From: Alkanindiges illinoisensis DSM 15370
GTDB taxonomy: Bacteria > Pseudomonadota > Gammaproteobacteria > Pseudomonadales > Moraxellaceae
Direction of reading: 5' to 3'
DNA: 32,000 nt
Assembly (NCBI RefSeq): GCF_000619845.1
Contig: NZ_KK211037.1
Location: 262,979 to 294,978 of the forward strand
Shown here: positions 27,168 through 32,000 of the stretch, one piece after another
How the letters are laid out: every line of letters begins with the position of its first letter
How positions within the stretch are numbered: position 1 is the stretch's first letter
Made by a program: the position numbers and the translations under genes
The notes under the pieces: generated by a model
What the model saw: only the letters and a program-made list of their open reading frames with translations
What the model was told of the DNA's origin: nothing
Databases searched by the model: none

Positions 27168-27794
27168 TTACAACTCGGGATTTGGCGTCAGCAGTGCTTT
27201 AATCAGTTTTTGGTGGCGTTTGGACTGCTGGCTAATGGTCAGGCGGCAGGAATGAATAATGCTTTCAATATCATGGAGCGCACGATCAAACACATCATTA
27301 ATGACCAGATAATCAAAATTAATATATTGCTGCATATCGGTAATCGCACCGGCCAGACGTTGCTCAATCACCTCGAGGCTATCCTGCGCGCGGGCAGACA
27401 GGCGCTCACGCAAATCATACTGTGAGGGCGGCATAATAAAAATCTGCTTGCTGTCCGGAAACAGGCGGCGCACCTGTTCAGCCCCTTGCCAGTCAATTTC
27501 AAGCAGCACATCATGACCAGCTTCCAGTTGTTTTTTCACCTCGGCCTGACTAGTGCCATAGTAGTTGCCGAACACCTCGGCATACTCAATAAAACCACCT
27601 TCATTCACCAGCTCTAAAAAGCTGTCTACCGTGGTAAAATGGTAATGAATTCCGTTTAGCTCACCGGGACGCTGCTGGCGAGTGGTGTGTGACACCGACA
27701 CATGAATATCACTCACCCGGTCCAGCAGCGCCTTAACCAGAGACGTTTTGCCTGTGCCGGATGCCGCAGCAACCACAAACAATAAACCAGACAT
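27168..27794 (-). CDS. gmk: Guanylate kinase
   Basis: 208 aa. P-loop AASGTGKTSL, plus SVSHTTRQQRPGE..G..YHF and YYGT. Confidence 0.96.
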   Translation of the reverse strand: MSGLLFVVAAASGTGKTSLVKALLDRVSDIHVSVSHTTRQQRPGELNGIHYHFTTVDSFLELVNEGGFIEYAEVFGNYYGTSQAEVKKQLEAGHDVLLEIDWQGAEQVRRLFPDSKQIFIMPPSQYDLRERLSARAQDSLEVIEQRLAGAITDMQQYINFDYLVINDVFDRALHDIESIIHSCRLTISQQSKRHQKLIKALLTPNPEL

Positions 27795-28002
27795 AAGCGC
27801 TTTCCTGTATGATGAGCAATATGGGCTAGTTTAGCGAAAATCTGGCGGCCAATATAGTATGGCAACCCGTATGACGCTGGAAACCAGTGCAATCCAATAT
27901 TTTTGGATAAAAACAGTCAGTCACCCATAATCTGGCTTAAACTTGTAGTCTGGCCAATCCGCCTTATCTAGAACCGGTATAGTGCATCAGTAAAGGTATA
28001 AC

Positions 28003-28956
28003 ATGGACATTTTATTAGCCAATCCCCGTGGTTTTTGCGCTGGCGTTGATCGTGCCATTGCCATTGTTAACCGTGCACTGGAACTGTTCGAGCCACCCAT
28101 TTATGTACGCCATGAAGTCGTGCATAACAAGTTTGTGGTCGATGATCTGCGCAACCGAGGTGCAGTTTTTGTTGAGGAGCTGGATCAGGTACCGGATGAT
28201 GCCATTGTAATTTTTAGTGCGCATGGCGTGTCCAAGGCAGTCCAGGCAGAAGCCAGCCGCCGTGGCCTGAAAGTGTTTGATGCGACCTGTCCGCTGGTAA
28301 CCAAAGTGCATATTGAAGTCACCCGCTATGCCCGGGACGGTATCGACGCCATTTTGATTGGACATCAGGGCCACCCTGAAGTGGAAGGCACCATGGGGCA
28401 ATATGATAAAAGTGCTGGTGGCACTATTTATCTGGTTGAAGATGAACAGGATGTTGCCCGCCTTGAAGTCCGTGATCCTGAGCGCATTGCTTTTGTGACC
28501 CAGACCACATTGTCGCTGGATGACACCGCGCGTGTAATTGATGCCTTGCGTACCCGCTTTCCTAATATTCAGGGGCCGCGCAAAGACGATATTTGCTATG
28601 CCACCCAGAACCGACAGGATGCAGTCCGTGATCTTGCCAGCCGTTGCGATGTCGTGCTGGTGGTAGGTTCTCCCAACTCATCAAATTCCAATCGCCTGCG
28701 TGAACTGGCAGAACGCATGGGCAAGAAGGCTTACCTGATTGATAATGCAGACCAGTTAAATCCAGAGTGGTTTTTCAATGACTGCAAAATTGGCGTTACA
28801 GCCGGCGCATCGGCACCTGAAGTACTGATTGGCCAAGTGATCCAGCGTTTGCAATCCTGGGGTGCTACCTTGCCACAGGAGCTGGCAGGCCGTGAGGAAA
28901 ACATTATATTTACCTTACCTCGTGAATTAAGAATAACCACCCATCAAGTTGACTGA
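28003..28956 (+). CDS. ispH: 4-hydroxy-3-methylbut-2-enyl diphosphate reductase
   Basis: 317 aa. N-terminus [19 protein letters not shown] and the three Fe-S Cys contexts [16 protein letters not shown] and [10 protein letters not shown]. Confidence 0.97.
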   Translation: MDILLANPRGFCAGVDRAIAIVNRALELFEPPIYVRHEVVHNKFVVDDLRNRGAVFVEELDQVPDDAIVIFSAHGVSKAVQAEASRRGLKVFDATCPLVTKVHIEVTRYARDGIDAILIGHQGHPEVEGTMGQYDKSAGGTIYLVEDEQDVARLEVRDPERIAFVTQTTLSLDDTARVIDALRTRFPNIQGPRKDDICYATQNRQDAVRDLASRCDVVLVVGSPNSSNSNRLRELAERMGKKAYLIDNADQLNPEWFFNDCKIGVTAGASAPEVLIGQVIQRLQSWGATLPQELAGREENIIFTLPRELRITTHQVD

Positions 28957-29019
28957 GTTCACATTTTTAGAAATATAAAAGCTAATAAATAGCTATAAAT
29001 TGTAACTCATCATGCTTTT

Positions 29020-29038
29020 GTAGGCGTCAGTCGCCTAC
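29020..29038 (+). terminator. Hairpin after ispH (weak terminator candidate)
   Basis: GTAGGCG-tcagt-CGCCTAC followed by TGCTTGCTTTGC, a poor U-tract. Confidence 0.4.
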
Positions 29039-29055
29039 TGCTTGCTTTGCAGATA

Positions 29056-29071
29056 TAGACTATTTAGTCTA
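29056..29071. promoter_or_regulatory. Perfect 16-bp palindrome upstream of the minor-pilin operon (candidate operator)
   Basis: TAGACTA-tt-TAGTCTA, about 50 nt upstream of the fimU-like start. Confidence 0.3.
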
Positions 29072-29121
29072 GGCATTAGAGAAGTGTTCAGGATGAACCT
29101 GTGCAAGTTAGGGTGATGGGT

Positions 29122-29664
29122 ATGCAAAGTAGTCGGGGCTTTACGCTGGTTGAGTTAATGGTCACGATTGCTGTTATTGCTATCTTGGCAATGATTGCTG
29201 CCCCATCGATGAGCAATTTAGTGGCAAAGCAAAGGTTAAATACTACTGCACAGGATTTGGCTTATATTTTTGGTCAGGCACGAAGTCAGTCTGCAGTTTT
29301 GCGTAAAGATGTTACTGTAAAATTTGAAAACAGCCCAAACACAATGACTAATTTCTATTGGATATCTAAATACGAAGATATTGAATTATCAAGTGATGCC
29401 AAAGAGGTAATTTTTAGTCCAATTGGTATCGGTTCTAGTCGGATTAATAATCCTAATTATAACAAAGCCAAAGAGGATGCTATTGGTAATCCTCTCGATC
29501 CTAACTATGATGCAAATTATGTTACACAGCCAGAAACTATTGTTGTCCCTCAACTTCAAACCTTCACGTTGTGTAGCACCAAATTAGAAGAATCTAGAGT
29601 GATTACAATTTCAAGAATTGGGGTTATAGAAAAAATTCATAATGAAACAGGGGCATGCACATGA
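29122..29664 (+). CDS. fimU: Type IV pilus minor pilin, FimU/FimT (GspH) type
   Basis: Prepilin leader MQSSRG|FTLVELMVTIAVIAILA with Glu at +5. It is the first gene of a fimU-pilV-pilW-pilX-pilY1-ordered cluster next to ispH. FimU versus FimT cannot be resolved by eye. I take the start at ATG 29122 (AGGGTGA upstream) rather than GTG 29101. Confidence 0.8.
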   Translation: MQSSRGFTLVELMVTIAVIAILAMIAAPSMSNLVAKQRLNTTAQDLAYIFGQARSQSAVLRKDVTVKFENSPNTMTNFYWISKYEDIELSSDAKEVIFSPIGIGSSRINNPNYNKAKEDAIGNPLDPNYDANYVTQPETIVVPQLQTFTLCSTKLEESRVITISRIGVIEKIHNETGACT

Positions 29665-30161
29665 TGAGTATTAGTTATCAACGTGGTGTAGGCATGATTG
29701 AGGTATTAGTTGCCTTAGTTATTTTGGCCATTGGGGTATTGGGTTTTTCTGCATTGCAATTACGGGCTATGGAAGCGACTGCCGAAGCAACTGACCGGAC
29801 AATGGCAATGAATCTGGCAAGAGATTTGGCTGAAAGAATTCGGATTAATCGTTTAGGGTTAAATAGTTATATTACTGCGATTAATGATAAAAAAACTGAA
29901 ACAGGTTGTCTGGGTTCGACTGCTATTTATGAGCCTGATTGTGATAGGACCAAGATGGCAGACTATGATGCTAATGAAATAATTACTAAAGCAAATGAAA
30001 AAGGCCAAACAATTATTATGCATCCCTGTGATGGTAGTAATCGTAGCTGTATTTATGTAGCGTGGGGTAAAACAACCATTGCTAGTGATGACGTCTCCAG
30101 TTGTATGAGTTCAGGGACTTATGTACCTGATGCCCAATGTATTGTTATGGAGGCATTTTAA
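29661..30161 (+). CDS. pilV: Type IV pilus minor pilin PilV
   Basis: The leader ..SYQRG|VGMIEVLVALVILAIGVLGFSALQLRA has Glu at +5 and a PilV-type N-terminus. The ATGA start/stop overlaps fimU at 29661-29664. ATG 29655 or 29664 is also possible. Confidence 0.8.
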   Translation: MMSISYQRGVGMIEVLVALVILAIGVLGFSALQLRAMEATAEATDRTMAMNLARDLAERIRINRLGLNSYITAINDKKTETGCLGSTAIYEPDCDRTKMADYDANEIITKANEKGQTIIMHPCDGSNRSCIYVAWGKTTIASDDVSSCMSSGTYVPDAQCIVMEAF

Positions 30162-30162
30162 A

Positions 30163-31128
30163 ATGAAACTGCCTTTACAGCATGGTTTTACATTAGTTGA
30201 ACTAATGATTTCTATTGTTCTGGGACTGATGGTGACCGCAGCAGCAACTCAGTTATTTATTACAGGACAACGTAGTATGGCTTTACAGCAGGGTGCTGCC
30301 AGTTTGCAAAACAGTGGTAGTTTTGGTCTGGAATACATTTTAAGAGATGTACGGCTAGCAAATCTAGGCGCGGCTACACCAGTTATTGACCCTGCAGTGC
30401 TTCATGGCGGATTGGTTTTAAGTCATTCAAATTTAAGCAGTGTGCCAGTAGCAGATTTTACAATTAATGGATCAGAAAGTACTAATTCACTCATGACAGT
30501 AGGGGAAGTAGGTCTATCTAACTTAAAAGATCAAAAAAGTGATCAATTAGTAATTCAATATAAAAACACAGTAGGTAATCAGTATGATTGTGAAGGACAC
30601 ACTATTGCAGCGAATGCTTATGTAGTTCAGCGCTATTTTATAAGAAAAGATAGTAATACTAATAATGATCCTAATGAACCCTTAGCATTGGCTTGTAAAG
30701 CCACTTCTTATACAGGTGATGCTAATACAGCTTTAACTGATTTAGGTGGAAATGGGGAAATTATTATTCCGCGTGTTGACCATATGCATATTTTACTAGG
30801 TGTGGCACAAGATACATTAGATGAAAGTGTATTACCAAGTAAAGCCGGACAAGATGGTGTGTTGGATCGTTTTGGCTATATCAACATTAATGATTATCTT
30901 GATCTTGCTAGTAAGCCACAAATCGTTTCCATTAAGCTTGGTTTATTGGTGCGTTCATCTGATACAGTAGGTAACCATGGTTTAACCAAAGCGGATAAAC
31001 AATATAAGATTTATGATATTGATCAGCCGCTAATAGACGATGCAAAAAATAATTTATATGTTAGAGAAGTGGTAACTCAAACAATTGCTTTGCGTAATGG
31101 ATTTGGACTGAAGGAGGAAGGAAAATGA
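30163..31128 (+). CDS. pilW: Type IV pilus minor pilin / assembly protein PilW
   Basis: MKLPLQHG|FTLVELMISIVLGLMV. The start at ATG 30163 is 1 nt after the pilV stop, with GGAGG upstream. Size and position fit PilW. Confidence 0.8.
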   Translation: MKLPLQHGFTLVELMISIVLGLMVTAAATQLFITGQRSMALQQGAASLQNSGSFGLEYILRDVRLANLGAATPVIDPAVLHGGLVLSHSNLSSVPVADFTINGSESTNSLMTVGEVGLSNLKDQKSDQLVIQYKNTVGNQYDCEGHTIAANAYVVQRYFIRKDSNTNNDPNEPLALACKATSYTGDANTALTDLGGNGEIIIPRVDHMHILLGVAQDTLDESVLPSKAGQDGVLDRFGYININDYLDLASKPQIVSIKLGLLVRSSDTVGNHGLTKADKQYKIYDIDQPLIDDAKNNLYVREVVTQTIALRNGFGLKEEGK

Positions 31129-31877
31129 ATCAATCTATTCCTTCCAATGCCCAAAAAGGTGCAACTCTCATTGTAGTACTTGTTCTTTTGGTGGTTATTA
31201 CTATTGTAGGAACATGGGCTATACGTGGCAGTATGACATCATTAAATATTGCCACTAATGCCCAAGCACAAGCTTTATTACAGCAGGCTTCTGACGCGGT
31301 ATTTTTTAGCCTTGAAAATCAAACATCCAACGATTTGACCTTAACCCAGATGCAAATTGGTGATGGTATGCTGGCTTATGTTTTGCGTCCGGAAAATAAA
31401 GGCAAAGAGCTGGTGTTTTGTATTCGCGGTAATGAAGCAAATAGTTTAGAAGGTAGTCGTAACGCCAGTGTAGTGTATTGGGATGGCACAGCAATTAAAA
31501 ACACTGAGCAGGGCACCACTGGGTTTTGTAAATTAAGTCGCACAGCAGATTTTATTAGTAAACGTGCAGCAGTAGTGACTCGCGTGGCGATACGTCCTGC
31601 AAATGCAGGGAAAGATTGGGAGCATATGCTTGAGGGCGATGATCCATTAATGTCAAAAACAAATCAGATTCAAAAGGTAATTGTAAGCGTTACTTCACTG
31701 ATACCCAATTTAAGCAGTTCATCAACTGCAGATATTAATACATGTCTGACGAATTACACTAGTTTTGTTGATCCTGTTGCAGGCAATAAAACAGTAACAG
31801 ACTGTTTGGCAGAAGAGAATGTGCCATATAGTTCTCAGGAAATGGAATATACCTTGAAACCTGTAAGTGCATCATAA
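31125..31877 (+). CDS. pilX: Type IV pilus minor pilin PilX
   Basis: N-terminus ..NAQKGATLIVVLVLLVVITIVGTWAIRGS with no Glu5, as is usual for the PilX N-terminal domain. The ATGA overlaps the pilW stop, and AAGGAGGAAGG lies upstream. Confidence 0.75.
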   Translation: MNQSIPSNAQKGATLIVVLVLLVVITIVGTWAIRGSMTSLNIATNAQAQALLQQASDAVFFSLENQTSNDLTLTQMQIGDGMLAYVLRPENKGKELVFCIRGNEANSLEGSRNASVVYWDGTAIKNTEQGTTGFCKLSRTADFISKRAAVVTRVAIRPANAGKDWEHMLEGDDPLMSKTNQIQKVIVSVTSLIPNLSSSSTADINTCLTNYTSFVDPVAGNKTVTDCLAEENVPYSSQEMEYTLKPVSAS

Positions 31878-31887
31878 AGGAGAGTCA

Positions 31888-32000
31888 ATGATGAAAAAAT
31901 TAAGACTGAATTTTAAAGATGCACTGGATTATAAGGAGCACATGATGCGTGCCAAGCAAAAATTTAAAGCAGCGAGTATTGGTTTTGCTGTAACAGCTAT
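31888..32000 (+). CDS. 5' end of the next pilus gene, probably PilY1/ComC-type tip adhesin (truncated by window edge)
   Basis: The ORF opens at ATG 31888 (AGGAGAG 6 nt upstream), 10 nt after the pilX stop: MMKKLRLNFKDALDYKEHMMRAKQKFKAASIGFAVTA.. with no stop before base 32000. The identity rests on position in the operon only. Confidence 0.45.
   Translation, partial: MMKKLRLNFKDALDYKEHMMRAKQKFKAASIGFAVTA

Noticed and set aside
27795-28002. 208-nt gmk/ispH divergent spacer examined for a small RNA or riboswitch
   Set aside because: Only short, weak inverted repeats were seen, and no recognisable conserved RNA motif. It is most simply a pair of divergent promoters.

Overview
Chromosomal, largely core-genome window from a gammaproteobacterium. 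Protein sequences and gene order (ptsP-rppH; LysR divergent from leuC-leuD-lipoprotein-leuB; rpsO-pnp; prlC-yheV; gmk; ispH followed by fimU-pilV-pilW-pilX-pilY1) look Moraxellaceae/Acinetobacter-like. Sampled coding lines are about 48-50% G+C, higher than I would expect for a typical Acinetobacter; the taxonomy is inference, since no search was possible. I support 27 protein-coding genes plus several intrinsic terminators, one good sigma70-type promoter and the pnp leader stem-loop. I found no tRNA/rRNA, CRISPR array, transposase/integrase or recognisable defence genes. The left 4 kb is the 3' part of a giant acidic repeat adhesin with a type I secretion C-terminal signal, and the CDS is open to base 1. 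The parts worth a second look are: (i) the adhesin, with a slippage-prone poly(Asp-Ala) hexamer tract, six 102-aa tandem domains and an unusual ~390-aa Lys-free Leu/Asn/Asp/Gly-rich segment; (ii) a same-strand trio at 18.5-23.0 kb, made of an orphan lipoprotein with an acidic disordered tail, a rhombosortase and an enlarged DctM-like permease with no binding-protein gene; (iii) a ~28% G+C divergent spacer between the LysR gene and leuC; (iv) the AT-rich minor-pilin operon starting right after ispH. I did not find convincing evidence for a wholly new multi-gene system. The trio is the best candidate and is presented only as a hypothesis.
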